Assembly: GCA_017937305.1 (NCBI GenBank)
Contig: JAGBDV010000002.1
Location: forward strand, 68,405-132,404
DNA from: Bacilli bacterium
GTDB taxonomy: Bacteria > Bacillota_I > Bacilli_A > ML615J-28 > CAG-313
Length of the DNA: 64,000 bases
Reading direction: 5' to 3'
A program made the translations under genes and the position numbers. The notes under the pieces are model-generated. The model made no database searches, was not told where the DNA came from, and saw nothing but the letters and a program-made list of their open reading frames with translations. Below, piece by piece: positions 8,387 to 18,663 of this stretch; positions within the stretch are counted from its first letter, which is position 1, and each line of letters opens with the position of its first letter.

Positions 8387-11300
8387 ATGAAAAAACTTTC
8401 TAAATTTTTATTTGTCTTTCTTCTTGGTGCATTATGTTTAATTGCATCATGTAAGAAAGAAATTCAAGAAGTAACTTTTACAAATATTCCAGAATCAATG
8501 TATGTAAATGATTCATTCACAGTGGAATACTCAAAACAAGAGGATGTAACAGCTACATTTGTTAGTAGCAATATTAATGTTGCAACTGTTGAAGGAGAAA
8601 AAGTTACTGCTGTTGCTGCAGGTGAATTTACATTAACTGCAACATTTACTTTAGGAAAAAAGACAAAAGAATATAAACACACAATTACTGTTCTTAATGC
8701 AGAATTTAATATTAATTATAATTTAAATGAAGGTGTGCTACCTGGTGATGCTCCTAGTAAATATAATGTAAAGAATCTACCTCTTACACTAGTTAATCCA
8801 ACTCGTGAAGGATATATCTTTAGTGGTTGGTATTTAAGTGAAGATTTTAGTGGCAATCAAGTTACTGAAATTGTAAAAGGTTCAATTGGAGAAGTTAACC
8901 TTTATGCAAAATGGGTTGAGGCTCCAGTTTATCTTACTATTACTTATAGTTTAAATAGTGGTAAACTTCCTGATGGTGCTCCTACAGAGTTCGTTAAAGG
9001 TATTGGTGTTAAACTTCCTGTTCCTACACGCGAAGGTTATAACTTCTTAGGTTGGACAAAGACAAAAACTGGACAAACTTATATTTCAGAAATTAGTGAA
9101 ACAGAAACTACTAATGTAACAGTTTATGCTCAATGGGAAAAAATTATCTACTATGGTAATATCACATATGAATTAAATGGTGGTACATTACCTGAAGGTG
9201 CTGCTTCTAAATATGAAGAAGGAAAAGCATTTACTCTTCCTATTCCTACACAAGAAGGTTATAAATTCTTAGGATGGTCTAAAGAAGCTGGTTCTACTTC
9301 TTATATTGAAAAGATTCCTGCAACTCAAAAAGGTGATGTAACTGTTTATGCAAACTGGGAAGAAATTAAAGAACCTAGTGTTGGGGATCCATTCACAGTT
9401 GAATTTGAACTAAATGGTGGTGCTTGGAGCTGGACAACTGGTACAGTTGTTGATGCTTCTAAAGGAATTGATTCTGTATCTAATTTACCAGAAATCTTCA
9501 TGGCTGATTTCTACACTTATTTAGTTGAAAATAATTTACTAAACTCAAGTAAAGTTTCTACAAAGATTCAAGTAAATAACTGGGCTGCATTTAGTGCAAA
9601 CAATGGTGACCCTGTTGCATTATACAATACTACTTCAACTGTTAAAACTGGTGCTGCTGATGGTTATAGTGAATTATTCTTTGATAGTATTAATGGTTAT
9701 GTTGCTGTTGGTGGATTCTTAGGTACAAGTCCTTATAAAGAAAAATATGCTAATGTTACAAAACACATGATTCAAATGACACTTTATAGATATAGTACTG
9801 TTCCAGTAACTGATAAAACATTCAAAGCTGGTGCTGGATTTGTTCTTGATGGATATTTCTATGGTACTCAAGGATTACTTGCAAGTTCTAAAGCAAATTA
9901 TCAAGAATTTAATGCTTTACGTGCTTTAATTCCAACTCCAACTGTTGGTTATGATAATAGTACTGCAACTCAAAATACTTATTTAGTATCTGAAGGTGTT
10001 ATTGGCACTGAATTAAAACTTGTTGCTCCAGTTAAAGAAGGACATATGTTCTTAGGCTGGTATGATAATGCAGAATTTGCTGGTGAAAAAATTGAAAGCG
10101 TTAAGGCTGGTTGCAAATTATATGCTTGTTGGTTTGATTTAAATGCACCTGCTCCAACATTTAAGATTGAATATGAATTAAATGGTGGAACAAATGATGC
10201 TGATGCACCTACAAGTTATACTCAAGGTGATGCAGTTGAATTACTTAAACCAACTAGAAGTGGTTATACTTTCCTTGGTTGGTCAACTGATGCTGAAGGT
10301 AATAATATTGTTACAGAAATTGCTGCTACTTCAAAAGGTGATGTAAAATTATATGCTAACTGGGCAGAAGGTGAAGAAGAAATTTACACAATTGAATATA
10401 AATATTCAGAAGGTAAACTACCTACTTATACTGTTGATTCACTAGAAGCATTTACTGCTTACTTCTTTGAAAAATTCCACGCATGGAGTGGATCTTCAGC
10501 CTCTGTTGAAGACTTTAAGAATGCTGCACTAGGTGCTTGGTCAAGTGGTTCTGATGGTGGTTATAAATTATATCTTCAAAATGCACGTGGACAAGTTAAT
10601 GAAAGTTACTTTGTTCATGCAGCTGAAAATATCGAACTATGGACTCCTTGGATGGATGTAATGGATGCTAAAGTTACAGAAATTAATGGTTCACAAAATG
10701 CTTGGGGTTCTAACTATGTAGGTTACTTAAGAATTGCTGCATTCTTCAAACAATCTGCATCATACTGGACAGCAGCTCGTACTGAAGACGTTTATAAAGG
10801 TTTAGCAATTCCTAAAGAATTAGTTAATGAATATAGACCTGGTGATAGTTTTGAATTACTAGAATTAAGTGTTAATGATGGAAGAACATTCCTTGGTTGG
10901 TATGATCAAAATGGAAATAAAGTTGAAAGAATTACTGCAACTTCAAAAGAAGATTTAGTATTAACTGCTAAATGGAGTGAAGCAATTCCTGTTGAAACAT
11001 TTGAAATTACAAATGAAATTACTAAATTATTAAAACTTGGTACTCATCAATTAACTTGGACTATTGGTCCAGATAATGCAACATTCAAGAAACTTACATT
11101 TGCATCAAGTGATGAAAGTGTATTAACAGTTTCAGAAAATGGTTTAATTGAAGCAATTAATATTGGTACTGCAAAAGTATTAATTACAGTTTACGGTAAT
11201 ACTTCACTTAACACTGAAATTGAAATTGAAGTTTATGTTGATCCTTATATTGATGGTGAATTCGTTGATGAAACATATGTTGTCGCTGAACAATCAATTC

Positions 11301-12571
11301 AACTTGCTGCTAAATATGTTGGCAAGAACACAACAAACTTAGTATGGGCTTCTAAAACTCCAGATATTGCATCAGTTGATGAAACAGGTGCTGTTACAGG
11401 TCATAAAGAAGGTCTTGCAGAAATCGTAGTTTCTGATGCAAATAATGACAAAGTATCATTTACATTCTACGTTACTGTTCTTAAAGAAGCTCCTACAGGA
11501 ATGTTAAAATTATTACTTGATAGTAATAATAAAGAAGTATATACAAAAGATCATTTACTAATCGGTATTAAGATTGGTAGTGATGGTGCTTATTACTCTG
11601 ATATTGTAGGTAGCGTATCTAAATTATTCTTTGAAGATTATGAAGTTCATACAGACTATTATCTTGAAAATCCAAATAATAAATCTAATTATAGTTCAGG
11701 TGGTGTTCAATTTATTACTGTTCACTATGCTGCTGATATGCCATATTCATCTTCTGCAATGTTTAATGGTGGTAAAAACCTTGCTTCTTACAATAAATCA
11801 TGTAACACAAACGGAACTCAAGCTTCATGGCATTATAGTGTTGGTAACGATGGTATTTGGGCTTCTCAAAATGAAGCTTATGCTGCATGGCATGCTGGTT
11901 CAAGTAAAACTATGACATGGACCAACAGTGGTGTTACAACTAGTCAAGTTGGTACAGATGTTTTACCTACAGATGTTAAATTAGGTAGTGATGGATACTT
12001 CTATATTAAAGGTGTTAAGACAACTGTTAAGAATACTACTTCAAGTACTAAACTTAATGGTATGGGATTAGCTGTTAAATTAGAAGGTACTACATGGCAA
12101 TTAGGTGGCCATTACTATAACTCAACTTATCAATACATTTCTTCTACTGGTGGTAATAATAACTCAATCGGTATGGAAACATCAGTTAGAGAAGGTTCTG
12201 ACCTATGGTTAACATGGCAATACACTGCTCAACTTTGTGCTAAACTTCTATTAAAATATAAATTACCTATTCAAAGACTAGTAGGTCACCACTTCTTCAG
12301 TGGTAAATGGTGTCCTCAACCAATGCTAGAAAATGATCTAGAAATTTGGCATGAATTTGTAGAACTTACAAGACAACAAATGGATTTATATGAAAACTAT
12401 GCTGATTATAAATTATCATTTGCAAGTGAAAGTTCTTACTTAAAAGATAATGGTAGAGTAAAAGAATTACCTAATTATCCTGAATGTGTAACTTATACTG
12501 TAACTTATACAACAGGATCAACAACTAAGACAATTACATTATCTTCAGTTCTTCCAGGTAACTTAGAATAA
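8387..12571 (+). CDS. Surface lipoprotein: Ig-like and InlB-B (Flg_new) repeats with a C-terminal Amidase_2 (paralog 1)
   Basis: Lipobox LIASC; repeats Y.LNGG...P.REGY.F.GW...LYA.W; amidase motifs ITVH, WHAG, SIGME, GHH, KWCP. Confidence 0.88.
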   Translation: MKKLSKFLFVFLLGALCLIASCKKEIQEVTFTNIPESMYVNDSFTVEYSKQEDVTATFVSSNINVATVEGEKVTAVAAGEFTLTATFTLGKKTKEYKHTITVLNAEFNINYNLNEGVLPGDAPSKYNVKNLPLTLVNPTREGYIFSGWYLSEDFSGNQVTEIVKGSIGEVNLYAKWVEAPVYLTITYSLNSGKLPDGAPTEFVKGIGVKLPVPTREGYNFLGWTKTKTGQTYISEISETETTNVTVYAQWEKIIYYGNITYELNGGTLPEGAASKYEEGKAFTLPIPTQEGYKFLGWSKEAGSTSYIEKIPATQKGDVTVYANWEEIKEPSVGDPFTVEFELNGGAWSWTTGTVVDASKGIDSVSNLPEIFMADFYTYLVENNLLNSSKVSTKIQVNNWAAFSANNGDPVALYNTTSTVKTGAADGYSELFFDSINGYVAVGGFLGTSPYKEKYANVTKHMIQMTLYRYSTVPVTDKTFKAGAGFVLDGYFYGTQGLLASSKANYQEFNALRALIPTPTVGYDNSTATQNTYLVSEGVIGTELKLVAPVKEGHMFLGWYDNAEFAGEKIESVKAGCKLYACWFDLNAPAPTFKIEYELNGGTNDADAPTSYTQGDAVELLKPTRSGYTFLGWSTDAEGNNIVTEIAATSKGDVKLYANWAEGEEEIYTIEYKYSEGKLPTYTVDSLEAFTAYFFEKFHAWSGSSASVEDFKNAALGAWSSGSDGGYKLYLQNARGQVNESYFVHAAENIELWTPWMDVMDAKVTEINGSQNAWGSNYVGYLRIAAFFKQSASYWTAARTEDVYKGLAIPKELVNEYRPGDSFELLELSVNDGRTFLGWYDQNGNKVERITATSKEDLVLTAKWSEAIPVETFEITNEITKLLKLGTHQLTWTIGPDNATFKKLTFASSDESVLTVSENGLIEAINIGTAKVLITVYGNTSLNTEIEIEVYVDPYIDGEFVDETYVVAEQSIQLAAKYVGKNTTNLVWASKTPDIASVDETGAVTGHKEGLAEIVVSDANNDKVSFTFYVTVLKEAPTGMLKLLLDSNNKEVYTKDHLLIGIKIGSDGAYYSDIVGSVSKLFFEDYEVHTDYYLENPNNKSNYSSGGVQFITVHYAADMPYSSSAMFNGGKNLASYNKSCNTNGTQASWHYSVGNDGIWASQNEAYAAWHAGSSKTMTWTNSGVTTSQVGTDVLPTDVKLGSDGYFYIKGVKTTVKNTTSSTKLNGMGLAVKLEGTTWQLGGHYYNSTYQYISSTGGNNNSIGMETSVREGSDLWLTWQYTAQLCAKLLLKYKLPIQRLVGHHFFSGKWCPQPMLENDLEIWHEFVELTRQQMDLYENYADYKLSFASESSYLKDNGRVKELPNYPECVTYTVTYTTGSTTKTITLSSVLPGNLE

Positions 12572-12577
12572 AAAAAT

Positions 12578-12609
12578 AAAATATCCCATTTATATAAATG
12601 GGATATTTT
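12578..12609. terminator. Bidirectional intrinsic terminator
   Basis: AAAATATCCCATTTA/TAAATGGGATATTTT between convergent genes. Confidence 0.85.
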
Positions 12610-13374
12610 TTATTTTATTGAAATTATTTTAGAATGTTTACTAATAAGTTTTACAAGCAAATCTCCAACAGCTACAATTACAATTATTATTATTAACCAC
12701 GCGAGTAATGGACCATAACCTTCTAAATTACCTTTTAAATTCACTAGCACTCCACCGATTGTTCCATCTACTTGATTCATATATTCACTCATAATCATTA
12801 CTTTAAGTCCTAATCCAAAAGACTGTAAGAATGTAGTAACAATATATGGAACACATAAAGGAACGTAGACAGCGATAAATTTTCTAAAAGGATTAATATT
12901 TAACATCTTTAAATCATCAATAATCGATTTATCTATATTATCTATTGCTCCAATAATTCCTTCAATCATTAATGGAAAGATCACTAAGAATGCAACAATA
13001 CTAGGAGCTATATCTCGATATTCAAAAAAAGCATATAAAATATAGATAGATATTATTGCAAAAGGAGCAGCCTTTAAAATATTAATGATTGGTTTAAAAA
13101 AGTAAATTGAATGGGGAATTATTATATATATGAAGCTAATTAATAAAGCTATTAAAAATGCAGATAATATAACTATTACAACATTTAAAAGAGTTATACC
13201 CAAAACTTTAATACTAGAATGATTACTAAATATATATCCAATGTTTTTAAAAATCTCTAAAACTTTAGGAAATACATAATCATTATTTTGATAAACAGCA
13301 ACTAATTGCCAAATAACAAATATTAAGATGATTGATGAACAACCAAATAAATATTTTTTAATAGTAGAATTCAT
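12610..13374 (-). CDS. ABC transporter permease (SsuC/NitT type)
   Basis: Six TM segments, a degenerate EAA loop and LKVMIMSEY...G.G; coupled to the substrate-binding protein gene. Confidence 0.8.
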   Translation of the reverse strand: MNSTIKKYLFGCSSIILIFVIWQLVAVYQNNDYVFPKVLEIFKNIGYIFSNHSSIKVLGITLLNVVIVILSAFLIALLISFIYIIIPHSIYFFKPIINILKAAPFAIISIYILYAFFEYRDIAPSIVAFLVIFPLMIEGIIGAIDNIDKSIIDDLKMLNINPFRKFIAVYVPLCVPYIVTTFLQSFGLGLKVMIMSEYMNQVDGTIGGVLVNLKGNLEGYGPLLAWLIIIIVIVAVGDLLVKLISKHSKIISIK

Positions 13375-14290
13375 CTACTGGTAAACTTCCTCCCATTTGT
13401 TTAGAGAACCCTAAATCCATCATCATTTGTAAATAGTAATTAACTGCTTCTTTATCACTTTCTAAAATTTGATAGTGGCAATTAGGAATTGCAGAAACTA
13501 ATACTTCCTTACCTAATGTTGCAAATGAAGAGTGTAATAAAACAGCTTTTTCTGCACAAACATTTGGATTTTCATTGGCATTTATAATTGCATTTTTCAT
13601 TTCTTCTAATTGGTCTTTAATAAATTTATGTTTTGTAATACTTTTCTTTACAAAGATACCAGCTTGAGGATAAGACTCATTTCCAGTCATTTTAGCCCAC
13701 TCATCTTGTAAATCAATAATTGATAAATTAAGTTTAGATTTTAACTTTGAAATAGCAGGTTCAGCAGAAACAACGATTTCAGCTTTTCCTCCTGCAAGAA
13801 GTGTATTTGCTTCTGCAACATCTGAAACATATTCTACAGTTACAGTAATATCTGAATGATGTTTAAGTAATGCTTGCATTACAATATCAGGTGTAGAGTT
13901 TTTACCAAATGCAACAACAGTCTTACCATCTAAATCTTTAAACGAATTTAGTGGGGATTTACTTGCAAGATATAAGTTACCCCAAACAAATGTTTTATAC
14001 AATACATATTCTTGATTAACTTGATACATTTTTGCACCTAAATTTACTGGTGCTACAATAACATCATGACTACCTGAAGTAAATGCTGCAACTAAAGGTT
14101 CACTACCTGCAACAACTTCTGCTTTTACATCTGTATTATCAACTGCATATTCAGCTAATCCTAATGCTGGAGTTCCGCTTGGCATAATTATTGATAATTC
14201 TTCTTTTGCTCCTTCATCATTTGTTATTGTACAACTTGTAACAACAATTCCCATTAATAAAATAAATAAACTTAAAATAATTTTTTTCAT
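13358..14290 (-). CDS. ABC substrate-binding lipoprotein (NMT1/SsuA-like)
   Basis: Lipobox VVTSC; PSGTPAL and DLDGKTV..GKNSTPD motifs. Start set at MKKII after an AGGAG SD. Confidence 0.8.
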   Translation of the reverse strand: MKKIILSLFILLMGIVVTSCTITNDEGAKEELSIIMPSGTPALGLAEYAVDNTDVKAEVVAGSEPLVAAFTSGSHDVIVAPVNLGAKMYQVNQEYVLYKTFVWGNLYLASKSPLNSFKDLDGKTVVAFGKNSTPDIVMQALLKHHSDITVTVEYVSDVAEANTLLAGGKAEIVVSAEPAISKLKSKLNLSIIDLQDEWAKMTGNESYPQAGIFVKKSITKHKFIKDQLEEMKNAIINANENPNVCAEKAVLLHSSFATLGKEVLVSAIPNCHYQILESDKEAVNYYLQMMMDLGFSKQMGGSLPVDEFYY

Positions 14291-14384
14291 AATATGTCTC
14301 CTTTTCATGTAACTTTAATATTTATTATATTTATTATTTCTTATTATTTGCATTTATATTATACATTTGTTAAAATAAATATGT

Positions 14385-14400
14385 TGTAACAAATGTTACA
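14385..14400. promoter_or_regulatory. Crp/Fnr-type (HcpR2-like) palindromic site
   Basis: TGTAAC-AAAT-GTTACA between the divergent SBP and Crp/Fnr genes. Confidence 0.65.
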
Positions 14401-14414
14401 CTTTTGGAGAAAAT

Positions 14415-15005
14415 ATGAATATTATTAATTTACTTAAAGAACAAGAAATAAAAGAAAATGTAAGATATAAAACTTTTGATAAAGAGCAAGTTGTTTTTGA
14501 TGAAGGTGCTAAATGTTATGGGATAGGAATTGTTATTGAAGGAGAGATTCTTATCAAAACATTTACTTATAATATTAAAGAAGAAATCATTACTATTATT
14601 AAAGAGAATAATATATTTGGACAATTTCTATTGTTTTCAAAAAATGATAAATATCTTGGTATGGGCATTACCTCTAAAAAAACAAAAATTGCATATATAT
14701 CAAAAGCTAATCTTCTTTTATTATTATCATCTAATAAAGCTTTTTTAGAAGAATACTTAAAACTTATTTGTGATGAAGCTGTAAAAATCAAACAACAATC
14801 AAAACTTCTTGCACATAAAAATATAAGAGATAGAATTATGTTTTATTTAATGACTCATCAAAAAGATAAAATTGTATATTTAAAATCAGTAACTTTTCTT
14901 GCAAACACATTATCAATACCAAGACCTAGTATTTCAAGAGAACTTACTAATATGGAAAATGATGGTTTAATAAAAAGAGCAGGTAAACTTATATATATAA
15001 AATAG
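14415..15005 (+). CDS. Crp/Fnr family transcriptional regulator (HcpR-like)
   Basis: N-terminal cNMP-binding-like domain; C-terminal HTH LSIPRPSISREL. Confidence 0.88.
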   Translation: MNIINLLKEQEIKENVRYKTFDKEQVVFDEGAKCYGIGIVIEGEILIKTFTYNIKEEIITIIKENNIFGQFLLFSKNDKYLGMGITSKKTKIAYISKANLLLLLSSNKAFLEEYLKLICDEAVKIKQQSKLLAHKNIRDRIMFYLMTHQKDKIVYLKSVTFLANTLSIPRPSISRELTNMENDGLIKRAGKLIYIK

Positions 15006-15025
15006 CAGTACAAAGTACTGCTATT
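15001..15025. terminator. Bidirectional intrinsic terminator
   Basis: AATAGCAGTAC/GTACTGCTATT followed by a T run. Confidence 0.8.
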
Positions 15026-15028
15026 TTT

Positions 15029-15928
15029 TTAAAAGCCTATTATTAAACAAATAATATAACCTACAAATAAGCTTACGCCAAACATAATTCCTAAGATTGT
15101 AAAACTATTTTTTACATTTGTTTTTCTTTTAAATAAGAACACAAGTCCAAGTCCTGCGTTCATGCAAAGACCTGAAATACAAGCACCAAAACTTAACCCC
15201 CCAAGTAAGTATACATTTGTTATTGCAACGCTTGCAGCACAGTTTGGAATCATACCAATTAGTGTTGCAAATAATGGAGCTAGATACTTATTAGTTTGAA
15301 GAAATGAAGAAAGATTATCTTCACCAATAAAATGGATTGCTGTGTTAAAGATAAGGGTAATACCTAATACATATGCAAATATCTTAAGTGAATGAACTAG
15401 TGGATGCCAAAGATGTTTATAAACTTTTGAACGTTCATCTCCACCCTCAATTGGATGGCTACAACAACCAATATGAACATCTTCTTCAAAACTTTCGTGA
15501 CAATGTTCTAAATGTTCATGTACTTCATGTTTGTTTTTTGTATGAAAGAAATCAACAATATAACCTGTTGCAAAACCAATAATAAATTTTAATCCAAGCA
15601 TCAATAAAATTGATAAAATATTTTCTTTATTTGCTTGGGATAGTAAAATTGGTAAAGCTTCATCGCTACATGCTAAAAATAAAGCAATTAAAGTTCCCAT
15701 TGTAATGTGGCGTTTAACATATAAGTCAGATGCCACAACACTAAACCCACATTGAGGGACAAGACCAAGTGCTGATGCAATAACAGGACTAAAGCGATTT
15801 TTCTTTCCTAATCCTTTTGCAATACGTTCTTCAACAAAACTAATTATAAAATATAAAATAAGCGCAACAACAAATACTTTTAAGCTTTCTTCTAATGAGT
15901 GTAATATAATATGTAATGTTTCGCCCAT
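15029..15928 (-). CDS. Putative metal (Mn/Zn) transporter, ArsP_2-like
   Basis: LGLVPQCGFSV, ACSDEALP, a His/Cys-rich loop and GMIPNCAAS. Start set at MGETL after an AGGAGG SD. Confidence 0.75.
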   Translation of the reverse strand: MGETLHIILHSLEESLKVFVVALILYFIISFVEERIAKGLGKKNRFSPVIASALGLVPQCGFSVVASDLYVKRHITMGTLIALFLACSDEALPILLSQANKENILSILLMLGLKFIIGFATGYIVDFFHTKNKHEVHEHLEHCHESFEEDVHIGCCSHPIEGGDERSKVYKHLWHPLVHSLKIFAYVLGITLIFNTAIHFIGEDNLSSFLQTNKYLAPLFATLIGMIPNCAASVAITNVYLLGGLSFGACISGLCMNAGLGLVFLFKRKTNVKNSFTILGIMFGVSLFVGYIICLIIGF

Positions 15929-15929
15929 T

Positions 15930-16352
15930 TTATTCCTCCTGTTTATTTTTTTGACATTCTTCACATAAGCCGTATAAAACAACACGACCTGGATCAACTT
16001 TAAATTTATGATCTTTTACGACATGATTAATGATTTCATTTATGTGAGGGCATTCTAAATGCTGCAATGTCCCGCATTCAATACACATTAAATGGAAATG
16101 TTCTTTGCAATCTTCGCTAGAATCTACATATTGATAACATGCTTTATCAGATTCAGATAATATATATTTTTTTACATCACCAGTAGATACTAATACATCT
16201 AAATAACGATATAGGGTTGCACGAGATACACTAACTTTTTGTGCATTTAAGATAAATAACATATCATCTACTGTTAAATGTTTATTTTTATTATTTTTTA
16301 ACATTTCTAAAATAAATACTTTTTGTCTTGTATTATAAACTTTAACTTCCAT
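15930..16352 (-). CDS. Fur family transcriptional regulator
   Basis: HLTVDD, SRATLYRYL, HFHLMCIECG and C-terminal CEEC. Start set at MEVK. Confidence 0.9.
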   Translation of the reverse strand: MEVKVYNTRQKVFILEMLKNNKNKHLTVDDMLFILNAQKVSVSRATLYRYLDVLVSTGDVKKYILSESDKACYQYVDSSEDCKEHFHLMCIECGTLQHLECPHINEIINHVVKDHKFKVDPGRVVLYGLCEECQKNKQEE

Positions 16353-16372
16353 AAATAACTCCAAATTGAAAT

Positions 16373-16387
16373 TGAGACTCATTCTCA
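16373..16387 (-). promoter_or_regulatory. Fur-box-like 7-1-7 operator (autoregulation)
   Basis: TGAGAAT-G-AGTCTCA just downstream of a TTTACT-17-TATAAT promoter, before the fur-like gene. Confidence 0.6.
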
Positions 16388-16502
16388 TATTTATATTATA
16401 CACTATTATAATATATTAGTAAATTAATTTGATTTTTTTTCTAAAAGTACTTGAAATATCTTTTAACTTATTATAAAATATAAGTACAAGGAGGAATATT
16501 CT

Positions 16503-17102
16503 ATGAAAAAAATTATTACAATAGGACGAGAATGTGGTAGTGGTGGACATACTATTGCTTTAAAAGTTGCTGAAGCTTTAGGGATTCCTTGCTATGATAA
16601 AGAGATTATTTCTATGGTTGCAGATAAATGTATGGTGTCAAAAGAATATGCTGAAAAAGTTGGTGAACTACTAACTAATTCAATGTTTCAATCATACTAT
16701 GGTTATGGTGAAGTCAGATTCCCATATTCATCACCATCTCTTCAAGATCAAATTAATTCTACACAAGTTGATATTATTAATAATTTAGCTGAAAATTCTT
16801 CTTGTGTAATAGTTGGGCGTGGAGCTGATTATATATTAAGAAAAAGAGATGATGTTCTAAATATCTTTATTAAAGCTTCCATGGAACATAAAGTAATGTT
16901 ATCAAAAGAAAAACATGATTTAACAAATAAAGAGGCTAAAACAATTCTTTTAAAACGTGATAAAGAACGTTCTAAACATTATTATTTCTATACAGGTCAA
17001 ACATGGGGTGACGCTAAAAACTATCATTTAGTTTTAGATAGTGGTGTTCTTGGAGAAGAAACATGTGTTAAATTAATCGTTGAGGCATTTAAAAATTCAT
17101 AA
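16503..17102 (+). CDS. Cytidylate kinase-like family protein
   Basis: ITIGRECGSGG, VIVGRGADYIL, W....NYHL.LDS. Confidence 0.85.
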   Translation: MKKIITIGRECGSGGHTIALKVAEALGIPCYDKEIISMVADKCMVSKEYAEKVGELLTNSMFQSYYGYGEVRFPYSSPSLQDQINSTQVDIINNLAENSSCVIVGRGADYILRKRDDVLNIFIKASMEHKVMLSKEKHDLTNKEAKTILLKRDKERSKHYYFYTGQTWGDAKNYHLVLDSGVLGEETCVKLIVEAFKNS

Positions 17103-17245
17103 GAATTTTATAAAGTAAATACAAATCCTTTTGTCAATCATATATATTGATTAAACAAGAGGATTTTTTGTTTTTATCATTATTACTTATCAAATTAAAA
17201 TTTTATGTTATACTAATAATAGAATTTAAATAGGAGGTGTTATAT

Positions 17246-18613
17246 ATGTACGCAAAATGTGCATGGAAAAAATATTCTTCTTCTGATTTAGAACAAGTAT
17301 TTAAATTTAATGAAGAATATAAAGATTATATTACAAAAGGAAAAACTGAACGTCTATGTGTTGATGAAGCAGTTAAAATTTCAGAAGAACATGGTTTTAA
17401 ACCATTATCTAGTTATGATAAATTAAATCCTGGTGATAAAGTATATGTTACTAATAAAGGTAAAAACATTGCATGCTTTGTAATTGGAGATAAACCAGTT
17501 GAAGAAGGTCTAAGAGTTCTTGGAGCTCATATTGATTCACCTAGAATTGATATTAAACAAAATCCATTATATGAAAAAAATGGTTTTGCACTACTTGATG
17601 CTCACTATTATGGTGGAATTAAAAAATATCAATGGGTAACTATTCCTCTTGCATTACACGGTGTTGTTTGTAAAAAAGATGGAAGTACCATCAATGTATG
17701 TATTGGTGAAGACGAAAAAGATCCAGTACTTGGTATTAGTGATTTATTAATTCACCTATCTGCAGATCAAATGCAAAAGCCAGGTGCAAAAGTTATTGAA
17801 GGTGAAGACCTTGATTTAACACTAGGTAATATGCCTTTAGAAGGTGAAGAAAAAGATGCTGTTAAAGCTAATGTTTTAAAACTATTAAAAGAAAAATATG
17901 ATTTTGAAGAAGAAGACTTTATCAGTGCTGAACTTGAAATTGTACCTGCTGGTCCTGCAAGAGATTATGGATTAGACAGAAGCATGGTTGCAGGATATGG
18001 ACATGATGATAGAGTTTGTGCTTATACTTCTTTAAGAGCTGTTCTTGATGCAGGAAAATGTGAATATACAACTTGTGCTATTTTAGTAGATAAAGAGGAA
18101 GTTGGTTCAATAGGTGCAACAGGTGCTCATTCAAAATTCTTTGAAAATACAGTTGCAGAACTAATTAATCTTTCAACTACATATTCAGAACTTAAAGTTC
18201 GTCACGCAATGGAAAACACTAAAATGTTATCAAGTGATGTTTCTGCAGGATTTGATCCACTATATGCTGGTGTAAATGATCCTAAAAATGCTGCATATTT
18301 AGGTAATGGTATTTGTTTCAATAAATATACAGGTTCTCGTGGTAAGAGTGGTTGTAATGATGCAATGCCAGAATATATGGCAGAAATTAGAAGAACAATG
18401 GATGATAATAACATTAATTATCAAACAGCTGAACTTGGACGTGTTGACCAAGGTGGTGGTGGAACAATTGCATACATTCTTGGTAATTATAATATGAATG
18501 TTATTGATGCAGGTATCGCAGTACTTAATATGCATGCTCCAATGGAAATTGTTTCTAAAGCCGATGTATATGAAGCATACTGCGCATATAAAGCATTTAT
18601 TTCTAAATTATAA
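17246..18613 (+). CDS. M18 family aminopeptidase
   Basis: AHIDSPR, YYGGIKKYQW, DKEEVGS, GGGGTIA, MHAP. Start set at the ATG after GGAGG. Confidence 0.93.
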   Translation: MYAKCAWKKYSSSDLEQVFKFNEEYKDYITKGKTERLCVDEAVKISEEHGFKPLSSYDKLNPGDKVYVTNKGKNIACFVIGDKPVEEGLRVLGAHIDSPRIDIKQNPLYEKNGFALLDAHYYGGIKKYQWVTIPLALHGVVCKKDGSTINVCIGEDEKDPVLGISDLLIHLSADQMQKPGAKVIEGEDLDLTLGNMPLEGEEKDAVKANVLKLLKEKYDFEEEDFISAELEIVPAGPARDYGLDRSMVAGYGHDDRVCAYTSLRAVLDAGKCEYTTCAILVDKEEVGSIGATGAHSKFFENTVAELINLSTTYSELKVRHAMENTKMLSSDVSAGFDPLYAGVNDPKNAAYLGNGICFNKYTGSRGKSGCNDAMPEYMAEIRRTMDDNNINYQTAELGRVDQGGGGTIAYILGNYNMNVIDAGIAVLNMHAPMEIVSKADVYEAYCAYKAFISKL

Positions 18614-18619
18614 AAAAAA

Positions 18620-18645
18620 GGTTAGTAGATATATATCTACTAACC
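18620..18645. terminator. Bidirectional intrinsic terminator
   Basis: GGTTAGTAGAT/ATCTACTAACC flanked by A and T runs. Confidence 0.8.
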
Positions 18646-18663
18646 AATTTTTTTATTTAGATT

